A model generated the notes under the pieces. It was given only the letters and a program-made list of their open reading frames with translations. It was not told the origin of the DNA and did not search any database. From contig CAYNVS010000002.1 of the NCBI GenBank assembly GCA_964400725.1, positions 7,372 to 71,371 of the forward strand: 64,000 bases of DNA, read 5' to 3'. The position numbers and the translations under genes were made by a program. The DNA is from an uncultured Myxococcales bacterium. GTDB taxonomy: Bacteria > Myxococcota_A > SURF-8 > CAYNVS01. Below, one piece after another: positions 10,748 to 20,000 of the stretch (position 1 is the first letter of the stretch; each line of letters begins with the position of its first letter).

Positions 10748-10782
10748 CCCCTCTTTGCCGATCAAAGAGGGGCTTTTCGTTT
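10748..10782 (+). terminator. Rho-independent terminator
   Basis: cccctcttt-gccgatc-aaagagggg perfect 9-bp stem with 7-nt loop, followed by cttttcgttt. Confidence 0.7.
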
Positions 10783-10831
10783 GAGAATTTATTTTGAAAG
10801 CGGCTTGATTGTCGTGTATATTTTAACTTCA

Positions 10832-11284
10832 ATGCTGCGCAGAAGATTTATCGTTCCCTCTCTTGGGGTACTGTTCGCGCTGGCGGCGTTCGTCTATCCG
10901 CCTTCTCTTAACTATTTATGGACGTTTTTGCGCACTCCGTACGATTTGTTCGTCGCCGACGCCATGGGACTGGAGATGCTGGCGCTCGAAAAAGAGATTT
11001 GGGCGTTTTACGACAAAGAAGGAAAGTTTCCGATGGAGCCGCACGTTTACGCCTTAATGGCGGGAATGCAGCGGTTTGAATTGCCGCAGCCAAATACGCG
11101 GCTTAAATTCAAAACTCTCGATCCGTGGGGAAAGCCTTATTGTTACAGAAGACTGACGCGGCCGGAAGGGTACGAGTTGTCCAGTTCCGGCCCCGACGGC
11201 GTAACCGGCACGAAAGACGACGTTATTTTCAGGCGGACGACGGCAAACGGCAGGGACGAGCCGCAGTTTTGGAAAAGCCCATGA
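10832..11284 (+). CDS. Type II secretion GspG-like pseudopilin C-terminal domain protein (no canonical prepilin leader)
   Basis: C-terminal DPWGKPYCYRRLTRPEGYELSSSGPDGVTGTKDDVIF matches the GspG/pseudopilin signature (DPWGxPYxY...GPDGxxGTxDD). The ATG at 10832 is preferred over the TTG at 10781, which lies inside the upstream terminator. The N-terminus is hydrophobic but lacks a G/F(T)LIE prepilin cleavage motif. Confidence 0.5.
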   Translation: MLRRRFIVPSLGVLFALAAFVYPPSLNYLWTFLRTPYDLFVADAMGLEMLALEKEIWAFYDKEGKFPMEPHVYALMAGMQRFELPQPNTRLKFKTLDPWGKPYCYRRLTRPEGYELSSSGPDGVTGTKDDVIFRRTTANGRDEPQFWKSP

Positions 11285-11814
11285 AAACTAAAAACGAATA
11301 TAAAAAGATGCGCAGGCGGTACATCGTCAATAAACCGTTTCAATACCGTTATATATTGCGCATGCTGGCGCATCAAATCGCCGCCGCCGCTTTCGCCGGA
11401 CTTTTCGGCGTCTTTTTGGTGGTGTACGTCTTTCATTCGACGGCCGTAAGCGCCGGAGTTTGGAGAAACGTCGTCGCCGCCGGCAGCGTTATTATGCTGA
11501 CTCTGATTTTTTTAACCGCGACGCTGCGCGGCGTTTATTTGAGCCACCGCATAGCCGGGCCTATGAAGCGCTTTGAAATGGCTTTCGGCAAGGTTAAAAA
11601 CGGCGACTTCTCGATAAGAATAGAATTGCGCAACAAGGACGAAATGCACGATCTCGCCGGCGCCTTTAACAAAATGATGGACGAGCTTGACAGCCGCAAC
11701 TCCCTCATTTTGGATTATATGGCAAAAGCTAAAAAGAAAGCGGAGGACGGGGATAAGGAGGGATGCGTCCGCCTGATAGGCGAGGCCGAAGCCTTGATTG
11801 AAAAAACGGAATAG
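11281..11814 (+). CDS. HAMP-domain membrane protein
   Basis: The ORF track entry 11125..11814 has a long Arg-rich N-extension overlapping the previous gene. The start MKTKNEYKK at 11281 is more plausible. Two TM segments followed by HAMP (RIAGPMKRFEMAFGKVKNGDFSIRIE...LAGAFNKMMDEL). No output domain. Confidence 0.55.
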   Translation: MKTKNEYKKMRRRYIVNKPFQYRYILRMLAHQIAAAAFAGLFGVFLVVYVFHSTAVSAGVWRNVVAAGSVIMLTLIFLTATLRGVYLSHRIAGPMKRFEMAFGKVKNGDFSIRIELRNKDEMHDLAGAFNKMMDELDSRNSLILDYMAKAKKKAEDGDKEGCVRLIGEAEALIEKTE

Positions 11815-11833
11815 TCCATAAGACAAATTCGCA

Positions 11834-12472
11834 ATGAATCGACTGAAAATTTCATCTCGGCTGATCAGCGCGGTTGTAGTTTACGGCTCAATGCTTTTAG
11901 CGGCGTATTTATGGACGCGGCGCGAAGGCCGTTCCGATATGTTTTTCATGCCGGAAGCGAAGAACCCTTTTGCGCAGGCCGGATTCCATATTCATATTTT
12001 GGCGGGAGTTATCGCCGCGGTCAGCTGCGCAGCCGCGCTTTCGCTGCTTTCGCAAAAATTTGAGCGGCTGCGTTTGCTGGACGAATTTATGACGTCCATG
12101 GCGAAGGATTTCGGACGCGTCGAACTGGTTATAATTCTGGCCTTAGGAAGCGTCGTCGAGGAATATTTTTTTAGAGGAGCGCTGCTGCCGAGTTTTGGCA
12201 TAGCGGTTCAAGCGGTAATTTTCGGTCTTCTTCACGCCGGTCCGCTGCGTTATTTCAGGCTTTTGTATTTATGGAGCCTTATCGCGGCGGCTTTCGGCCT
12301 GCTGCTGGGCTGGCTGTTCATTTCCACCGGAACGCTCGCCGCGCCCATCGCCGCGCATCTTACCTTTAACGCAATAAGCGCGGTTCAAATACAAAAACGG
12401 GTCGCATCCGGCAAAGTGCGGGCTCCGGACGAAATTATCGCCGACATCGAACCGGACGACGACGACTGGTAG
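11834..12472 (+). CDS. CPBP-family (CAAX/Abi-type) intramembrane glutamic protease
   Basis: All three CPBP motifs are present: EEYFFRG (EExxxR), FGLLHAG (FxxxH) and AHLTFNA (HxxxN). Multiple TM helices. Acidic C-terminus. Confidence 0.8.
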   Translation: MNRLKISSRLISAVVVYGSMLLAAYLWTRREGRSDMFFMPEAKNPFAQAGFHIHILAGVIAAVSCAAALSLLSQKFERLRLLDEFMTSMAKDFGRVELVIILALGSVVEEYFFRGALLPSFGIAVQAVIFGLLHAGPLRYFRLLYLWSLIAAAFGLLLGWLFISTGTLAAPIAAHLTFNAISAVQIQKRVASGKVRAPDEIIADIEPDDDDW

Positions 12473-12865
12473 AGACGGCCTGCCGCGGCGGCTTGCGTTT
12501 ACGCGTATTATCCCGACTGCATTAGCGGAATTTTTAAAGTTCGTTGCAGCGCGGGCATTTATCAATCGACTGCCGCTCTTTCGCTTTCTTTGCGCTCCCA
12601 AAGAAAGGCCGGCTCCGCAAAACCGCGGCGCGGCGAACGGGCTTTGAAGCGCGGCTTTTCTTGCCGCAGCCCGCCCGTAAGCGAAGGAAGAATACGGTAT
12701 TAATTATAACTTCGCCTTCTCGGCGTTTTTTGCCAAAACTATAGATTGAGCGCGGTTTAACCGCAAATTAATACCGATATGTTTGCCGCCTTTTACAATG
12801 CGTGTTATCTTTAATCGGCAGTAAAATATGTATGTTGCGAATTTTTATGCAAAAAGGCGGATATT

Positions 12866-14941
12866 ATGGCAAATAGAATTTTTAAAACTAGTCGGGTAAA
12901 ATTGCCGAGCGCGCCGGTTATGTTTGTCTTCGCGGCGGTCTGTTTATTAACTCTTCTTCCCGAACGAAACGCCTCGGCGTGGGGCGCCGGAATGCACGCG
13001 ACGCTTAACGCCCGCGCCTACGAGCGCATGACTCAAAGATGGAAACGGGCGATAGACCCCGACTTGATTATTTACGCCGCGTGGACGCCCGACGCTTGGT
13101 ACATTCTCGCGGAGGAAATGCTCTCCGGATCGTGCGGAATAGCCTGCGGCGCCCCTGACGCCTCGATGAGCAACGAGTGTTTCAACGACTACATACCCGA
13201 CAGATATTATTCGTACACGCGGCATTTATTGGCGAACGCCGACGGATTGAAGGCAATATCGTACGCGCTGGGATACGGCGGACACGCGGTCGGAGATTAC
13301 CGCGGACATTTGGAATACATTATACCGGACTGGAGAGACCCGCAGGGCAACGGAACGATACCGATTTCGCGCCACACTTTCGCGGACAGCGTCGGCGATA
13401 CGCTTGCCTTCAACGTTGAGGGGCTTTACGGTTACCCGACAAAATACCTTACAGACAAAGCTCTTTACGGCTATCCGAGCGAAATATTAAGCGAAGCGAA
13501 CTACGCCTCGACCGGCTCGCGCAATCCGTACGGCGGATTGGTTTTAATCGTCGAGACAAACTACGCCGGAAAGCGCAAGGCGGTTTTTAAAGGAATACTG
13601 GACGAGACGGCGAAAGGATTGTCAATATCGTCGGTCGTCTCCATGATGGACGGTTCGGCGCTTAGTTCCGTTTCCGAGGGGCTGGTTGCCGCGCTATACG
13701 GCTTGAACGATTACGACGGCGGCGGCCGTCCCTTTCCCGTCGTCATAGAAAACGGTTCCGTCGCGATTAATTGCTCGACCGATTTGAAGCAGCGCATGGA
13801 GTCCGAGGCGGGCTTCGGCAATTCGATGCCGTGCCAGGTAACTTTGGCCAACGTAAGCGGTTTGGCCCAATGGACTAGTTTTCTCAAACCGGCGGGCGAC
13901 GAGGGACAGGAGGTTGTCGTTGACAAAGAAAAGGTCGCCGAATGGATGCGAAATCTCGCGGTTGAGTTCAAATCGGGCGACGTATATCTCGACGACCCGC
14001 ACGTTTTTCAAATCGACGCTCAGACCGGAAAATCGAAGGCCGACCTTAAGGGAATTGACGGCCGCAGTTTCACTCTCGGCAAAACCATGCCGGAGATACT
14101 GGACGAAGTTTTGGATAAAAATATACAGGATATAACCGACCGCCTATTGGAAAACCCCCACGTAATCGGCACGATTTTGCAAAGCAAGGCGGGCGCGCTG
14201 GACAAATCGCGATTCGTTTCCTTCGGCTTCCCGCTCCGTCCGCGCCTGACCGCTTGGGGGGCCGCGGTAAAATACAAAGGAGCCGACGTAAGAACGCTGC
14301 CGGAGGCTCCGGGCGTTTTCGCCGACTTTGAAATTCCGTTCGATATGAGCCCGAAGGCGGAGAACCTTGCGCCCGAAATGGTTTACCCTTATTACGTCGC
14401 CGTAATTCAGGCGGACTCGGCGAAGATGAAAGGGAAGGGAACGCTGGAAGCGGAGGTCGTTTACGAAGACGCTTCGGGCGCGGAGCTTGAAAAAAAGGCC
14501 TCGTTCTCGCTGAATCTCGAAACCGGCGAAATGAGCGGCGGGGAAGGATTCGCGAGCTTGGAAAAAAACGACGCAGGCTACGCCGTTAAAATTCTGGCCG
14601 ATAATTCAAACGGCGGCGGATACTTTTACGCGAAAGATTCGGCTAAGGCGGCGCTTGTTGTAAAGATTAAGCTGGCGGCAATCGACCCTGCAAATCCTCC
14701 GTACGATTTGCAGCTGAACGCGGCAGTTCAACCTTACTGCGAAAAGCCCGATTTGTCGAAGAGCGAAACGCCGTCCGCGGACAACTCGGCTTGTCCTCTC
14801 GCGGAGCCGAAGGCGGAAGAAAAGAAAGAAACCGGCGGCGGATGTTCGTCGAACGCTTCGCCGCTTTCGGCGCTATTTTCGGTTTTGTTGGCGGCCTTTT
14901 GCGCGGCGAGAGCCTGCTGGCGCCGACCGCGGGAATATTGA
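12866..14941 (+). CDS. Secreted zinc-hydrolase-like protein (S1/P1-nuclease or phospholipase-C-like N-terminus) with MYXO-CTERM-like C-terminal sorting tail
   Basis: The signal peptide is predicted to be cleaved before WGAGMHATLNARAY, which resembles the N-terminal Trp/His zinc site of P1 nuclease/PLC (WGxxGH). It is followed by ~600 aa of unknown domains. The C-terminus GGGCSSNASPLSALFSVLLAAFCAARACWRRPREY has the GC motif, hydrophobic helix and basic cluster. Confidence 0.7.
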   Translation: MANRIFKTSRVKLPSAPVMFVFAAVCLLTLLPERNASAWGAGMHATLNARAYERMTQRWKRAIDPDLIIYAAWTPDAWYILAEEMLSGSCGIACGAPDASMSNECFNDYIPDRYYSYTRHLLANADGLKAISYALGYGGHAVGDYRGHLEYIIPDWRDPQGNGTIPISRHTFADSVGDTLAFNVEGLYGYPTKYLTDKALYGYPSEILSEANYASTGSRNPYGGLVLIVETNYAGKRKAVFKGILDETAKGLSISSVVSMMDGSALSSVSEGLVAALYGLNDYDGGGRPFPVVIENGSVAINCSTDLKQRMESEAGFGNSMPCQVTLANVSGLAQWTSFLKPAGDEGQEVVVDKEKVAEWMRNLAVEFKSGDVYLDDPHVFQIDAQTGKSKADLKGIDGRSFTLGKTMPEILDEVLDKNIQDITDRLLENPHVIGTILQSKAGALDKSRFVSFGFPLRPRLTAWGAAVKYKGADVRTLPEAPGVFADFEIPFDMSPKAENLAPEMVYPYYVAVIQADSAKMKGKGTLEAEVVYEDASGAELEKKASFSLNLETGEMSGGEGFASLEKNDAGYAVKILADNSNGGGYFYAKDSAKAALVVKIKLAAIDPANPPYDLQLNAAVQPYCEKPDLSKSETPSADNSACPLAEPKAEEKKETGGGCSSNASPLSALFSVLLAAFCAARACWRRPREY

Positions 14942-15082
14942 TAAGATAATTTAAGCCGCCCGCCAACGAATCGGGCAAAACCGCCGATAAGCAAGTTTTA
15001 AGTAAATAAATGTTGTCAAACGCGCGTTTATATGGTTAATATAATGTTTCAAAGCGTTAATTTTTTCGTTTGAGAAAAAACT

Positions 15083-16165
15083 ATGTTGTGGCCGTTTAAC
15101 AGACAACGATTAAGCATTTATAAAACGAACCCCGAATTTCTCACTACAATCGTCGGCGACATGTGCCAGCGCATTGAGAATTTTCAAGGGTACGTTTCCG
15201 TCGTCGGAGACGACAAGAACCTCACAATACTCGTAACCGAAGGCAAACCGGTTTACAGCGCGCTTTGCACGATAAACGGAGAAATTCTTCCCCTTCAAAC
15301 CTGCTCGCCGGTCAACGCGCTAAAAGATTTCGGCGTTGAAGCGACGATACTCGTCATGGAGCTCGATCAGCTGCTCGCGGCAGTCATGTCTATTTTTTTC
15401 TCCACGCCGCCCGACATAAGCGCCGCGGGCGACGTCATGCACTATTCCACCGGGTTGGAAGCCGCCGCCGCGGGAGGCGAGCTGTTCGCGTTAAATCTGG
15501 TTCACGACGGAGTTTCTATGCCCGCCGTGTTCGAGCGCGGCAATCTGTCGGCTTGGTTTTACTTCGACCGCGAAAAGGGAGAATTCGTACAAACCAAGGA
15601 CGAAGCTCTCTTCAGAGGCTTCGTAGAGGCGAATCACGCTTCGTGCAAATTCGACTTTTACCTGGGAGCGGCGGGCGAGCCGAAACCGTTTGAAGTAAAC
15701 GAAGAGAGCGATCCGTTCATACAAACCGCGAAAACGTATTTCGCGCTTTACGAAGAAATACGACGCGTGATTATCCGCGCTACCGGCCAGCGCGGCAACG
15801 CCGAGTTCCAACAGATTTTAAACGCTTTCCGCGAAAAATACCCTCCTTTATATCAAGGGCTTTTCGTAAATCCGGAGACGAACGAAATATGGTGGGAACA
15901 GCTGCTTGAAAACCGGAAAAAAATCACGCATAAATTCCGCTACGATTCCTACTTCCTCTATTTGGACGAATTCCTTCTCACCCTCATCCGCAAGCTGTTT
16001 CAAACCGCCGGCGTGCAGGGAATAGTGGAAATTATCCGATTCCTAGACAAACGCAGAAGGGTCGAGTTCCAGCCTTCCTACAACATGAGCAAAATACTTT
16101 ATACAAAGCTCAATAATCTGCTCAGGCTGGACCGTTACACGAACGTCCAGCCCGCGGGCAAATGA
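15083..16165 (+). CDS. Hypothetical cytoplasmic protein
   Basis: 360-aa ORF with no recognisable motifs. Its stop lies 4 nt before ksgA, so likely co-transcribed. Confidence 0.5.
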   Translation: MLWPFNRQRLSIYKTNPEFLTTIVGDMCQRIENFQGYVSVVGDDKNLTILVTEGKPVYSALCTINGEILPLQTCSPVNALKDFGVEATILVMELDQLLAAVMSIFFSTPPDISAAGDVMHYSTGLEAAAAGGELFALNLVHDGVSMPAVFERGNLSAWFYFDREKGEFVQTKDEALFRGFVEANHASCKFDFYLGAAGEPKPFEVNEESDPFIQTAKTYFALYEEIRRVIIRATGQRGNAEFQQILNAFREKYPPLYQGLFVNPETNEIWWEQLLENRKKITHKFRYDSYFLYLDEFLLTLIRKLFQTAGVQGIVEIIRFLDKRRRVEFQPSYNMSKILYTKLNNLLRLDRYTNVQPAGK

Positions 16166-16169
16166 GCTT

Positions 16170-17042
16170 TTGCGCGGCCTCATGTCGCAGTGGCAAAATC
16201 CGATTGAAGTTTTAAAACATATCGACGCCCGGCCGAACGGGTCGCTGTCGCAGAATTTTATGATTTCTCAGGACGCGGCGCGGAAGGCGGCCTCGGAACT
16301 GGGCGGCGTCCGCCCCGGCGAAACCGTTTTGGAAATCGGCGCGGGAACCGGAAGCCTCACCGCGGTTCTTGCGGAAAAATTCCATAAAGTAATCGCCGTC
16401 GAAATAGACGCTCGGCTTGCGGCAAACCTTGCGGAGCGGTTCGAGGGCTCCAACGTCGAAGTTGTAAACGCGGACGCGCTTAAACTCGACTTTTGCCTGA
16501 CGGCGAAGGAAAACGGAGGCGCGATGCGGTTCGCGGGCAACCTGCCTTACGACGCATCCACGCCGATTATAGAAAAATTTCTGCGCGAAAAAGACGCCGC
16601 GAGCGGAGCCTCTTTTTTGCTGCAAAAGGAGTTCGTCGCCAAAATGACGACGCCGCCCGGCCGCAGAGAATCTTCGCCCGCCGCAATCTTTTGCGCCGTT
16701 TACTTCGAGGCTAAAAAAGGCGCGGCCTTTCCGCCGTCGGTTTTTACGCCGCAGCCTAAAGTCGATTCGGCCGTGTTGAATTTGTTTCCGAGAGAAAATC
16801 CGCTCATCGAAGCGCGGCCGCGGGATTTGTACAAACTGATTTACGCCGCCTTTTCCCGAAGAAGACGACTGCTTTCAAACAACCTGACATCCGCGGGAAT
16901 CCCAAAAGAGGCGGTCGAAGCGGCTTATCGCGCCGCGTCCCTGCCCCGCGGCCTGCGCGCCGAGGAAGCCGACTTTAAAACGTGGCGGGCTCTTTATGAA
17001 GAGCTTGAAAAGAGTTTGCCAAATCTTCCCTTCAGGCGGTAG
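16170..17042 (+). CDS. rsmA: 16S rRNA (adenine1518/1519-N6)-dimethyltransferase
   Basis: SAM-binding VLEIGAGTGSLT and the hallmark GNLPY motif. Whole-length KsgA/RsmA architecture. TTG at 16170 or ATG at 16182 as start. Confidence 0.85.
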   Translation: MRGLMSQWQNPIEVLKHIDARPNGSLSQNFMISQDAARKAASELGGVRPGETVLEIGAGTGSLTAVLAEKFHKVIAVEIDARLAANLAERFEGSNVEVVNADALKLDFCLTAKENGGAMRFAGNLPYDASTPIIEKFLREKDAASGASFLLQKEFVAKMTTPPGRRESSPAAIFCAVYFEAKKGAAFPPSVFTPQPKVDSAVLNLFPRENPLIEARPRDLYKLIYAAFSRRRRLLSNNLTSAGIPKEAVEAAYRAASLPRGLRAEEADFKTWRALYEELEKSLPNLPFRR

Positions 17043-17089
17043 CGCCTTATTTATCGGCGTCGGCTTTTTTTTGCGAAACGAGTTCATCC

Positions 17090-20000
17090 ATGAAAAAATC
17101 GCTGTTCATAATCGCCTGCGCCGCTTCAATCGCGGCGGCGGTCTCGGTCGGCGGGGGCTCGGAACAATCCGCTCGCCCGTTTATGCTTTACGACGGCCGC
17201 AGAATTGAAATGAATTACGTTTACGACCGCGTAAGCGTAATTTCGGAGGACGCTTCGGAAGAAGATTTGAGCCGCCGTTTATCGGAGATCGACGACCGCG
17301 TCGTTTCGGCAAAAAAAATAAACGGCTCCGGCGTTTGGAGCGCGGCTTTCGCCGAACCCCTGTCCGAAAAAAGCTACATTTCCGCGGTTTCCGCCTTATC
17401 GCGCGCGCGGGGGGTTAAAACGGCGCAGCCGGTTTATGCAATAGGCGAGAAGGCGCTCTTTTATCCAAACGGCGAATTGTTCGTCAAATTCAAACCGGGA
17501 ACTACTTTCAACGACGTTCTCGGCTTCGCGCAAAAGCGCGGACTTAAGCCTCTGAGCTCTTTAGACTTCTCTCCGTTCGTCCGGGTTTTCGAGCTCAAAG
17601 CCCCGTCGCAGCGCGCGCTCGACGCGGCCAACGGAGCGCATTCCAGCCCGTTTGTTGAGTGGGCTGCGCCTGAGTTCGCCCATAACGTTCAAAAAAAGTT
17701 CGTCCCAAACGACCCGTTGTTTCCAAACCAGTGGCATCTGCGCAACGTCGGACAGAACGGCGCGACCGCGGGCGCGGACGTCAAAGCCGACAAAGCGTGG
17801 GATAAAACCAAGGGGGAAGGCGCGGTAATCGCGGTCGTTGACGACGGAGTAGATTGCCCGCATCCTGATTTGGCGCCAAACTGTCTCGACGGATACGATT
17901 ACGTTGACGACGACGACGAACCGGCTCCGGGCGAGTACGACGGCCACGGCACTTGCGTCGCGGGAACGGCGGCGGCGAAAGGAAACGACGGGATAGGCGT
18001 TTCGGGAGTATGCCCGGAGTGCAAAATTATTCCGATACGCCTTTTGGGCGAATACCTTTTGACTCGGGACGAAGCGAACGCGTTCGTTTTTGCGGTTAAA
18101 AACGGCGCATGGGTTATTTCAAACAGCTGGGGCGTTCCCGACAACAACCGCGCCGCCGTCCCCATCCCCAAGCCGACCGCCGAGGCGGTAGATTACGCGC
18201 TTAATTACGGGCGCGGCGGGCTTGGAACTTTGGTCGTTTTCGCGGCGGGCAACGGCTCCGAGCCGGTAAATACGGACGGCTATCCGGCGTATAAAAACTC
18301 GATCGCCGTCGCGGCGAGCGACGATCAAGGAATCCGCTCGGATTACAGCGACTACGGCGCCGAGATAGAAATCAACGCGCCTTCCAGCGGCGGAATCAAC
18401 GGAATAACGACGGTCGATAACGCCGGCTCTTCGGGCTACTCTTACGGCGATTACGCGGACGATTTCGGCGGCACAAGCGGCGCGGCGCCTCTGGCGTCGG
18501 GCGTTTACGCGCTTATTATGTCGGCGCGCCCCGGCTTGTCTTGGAAACAGGTAAAAAAAATCGCCCGCGATACCGCCGACAAAATAGACGCGGCCCGCGG
18601 CGCGTACGACCAAAACGGCCGCTCAAACCTTTACGGTTACGGCCGCATTAACGCCCAAAAAGCGGTTGAAGCCGCCTTATTATTCGACGACGGCTGCGTT
18701 CCGCAAACGGAAATCTGCGACGCTCGCGACAACGACTGCGACGGCTTGAAGGACGAAGGGCTTGTATGCTACGTTTGCGCTCCCTCGGAAGAAATATGCG
18801 ACGGCATGGACGACGACTGCGACGGATACGTCGACGAGGACGGCGTCTGCGGGGCGGGCAAGGCCGGAACCTGCATGACTTGCGCGGTCAATTCCGATTG
18901 TTTTGAAGGCGTATGCCTTGAGCTGTACGGCGACCCTATGCACAAATATTGCGTCCGCAGGTGCAACCCCGATAAAACCTGCCCAAACCCGGATTTATAC
19001 GCCTGCAACGGCTCGTACTGCCTGCCCCGCAACAAGAGCTGCGACCAAACGCAGTGCCTCGGCAGACCGGAACTTTGCAACAACCTTGACGACAACTGCA
19101 ATTCGCGGACCGACGAAGGGAACGTCTGCTGCGTTCCTACCGTCCCGCCCGAAGAGATATGCGACGGGCTCGACAACGACTGCGACGGCAAAACCGACAA
19201 CGTTGACGTTTTAAAAAATCCGCCTCCGATAACCTGCCTTTATAAAGGCGTATGCGAAGGAACCGCGCCTAAATGCGACCAAGCGCTGTGGATTTGCGAA
19301 TATCCGCAAACCTACGAGCCTGAAGAAATATCGTGCGACGGGTTCGACAACGACTGCGACGGTTGCGTCGATGAAAACTGCGCGGCGCGGGACGGCGACG
19401 AAGAAGCGGAAGACGACGCCTCGGAGGCGGAACTCGACGACGACGACGGAGAGTTATTGACGGACGCAGACGAGGACGAGGCTCAAACGGAAGCGGACGC
19501 GAAGCCTGAAATCGAACCGCCGCCTGAAGAAGCCGCCGAAACCGAAAACGCCGACTTGGCCGACTTGGCCGACTTGGCCGACTTAACCGACTTCGACGAA
19601 GAGACGCTTGACGCGCCGGAAGAACGGGACGACGCCGAATTAGAATACGCCGATAACTCTAAGAAAAAATCATCATCCGACGGATGCGCCGGGCAGTCGG
19701 ACGGCTTCGCCTTCGCCCCGCTCGCAGTCGCGGCCGTATTGTTTATTTCGCGAAAAAAAATTTGCGCGCGCAAAACAAATAATATCTTTTGGGCGTTCGC
19801 CGCGGCGCCGGCGTTTTTCGCTTTCGCCTCGGCGTCGTGCGCTTCCGGTCTAAACGACGAGGCAAATTCTAGTTGTGAAATCGCCGTAACGTACGAAATG
19901 TACGAAAAGAACGTTTCGGTCGCTTACGCCGCGCAGAATCCTTTCGACAAAGAAGAAGCGGAAGTTTACGCTAAAATAAAACGTCCGGACGGCGCGGAGC

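Noticed and set aside
11125-11284. Long N-terminal extension of the HAMP protein ORF overlapping the GspG-like gene
   Set aside because: The extension is Arg-rich with no function and overlaps the preceding CDS in another frame. The Met at 11281 followed by a typical TM/HAMP layout is the more plausible start.
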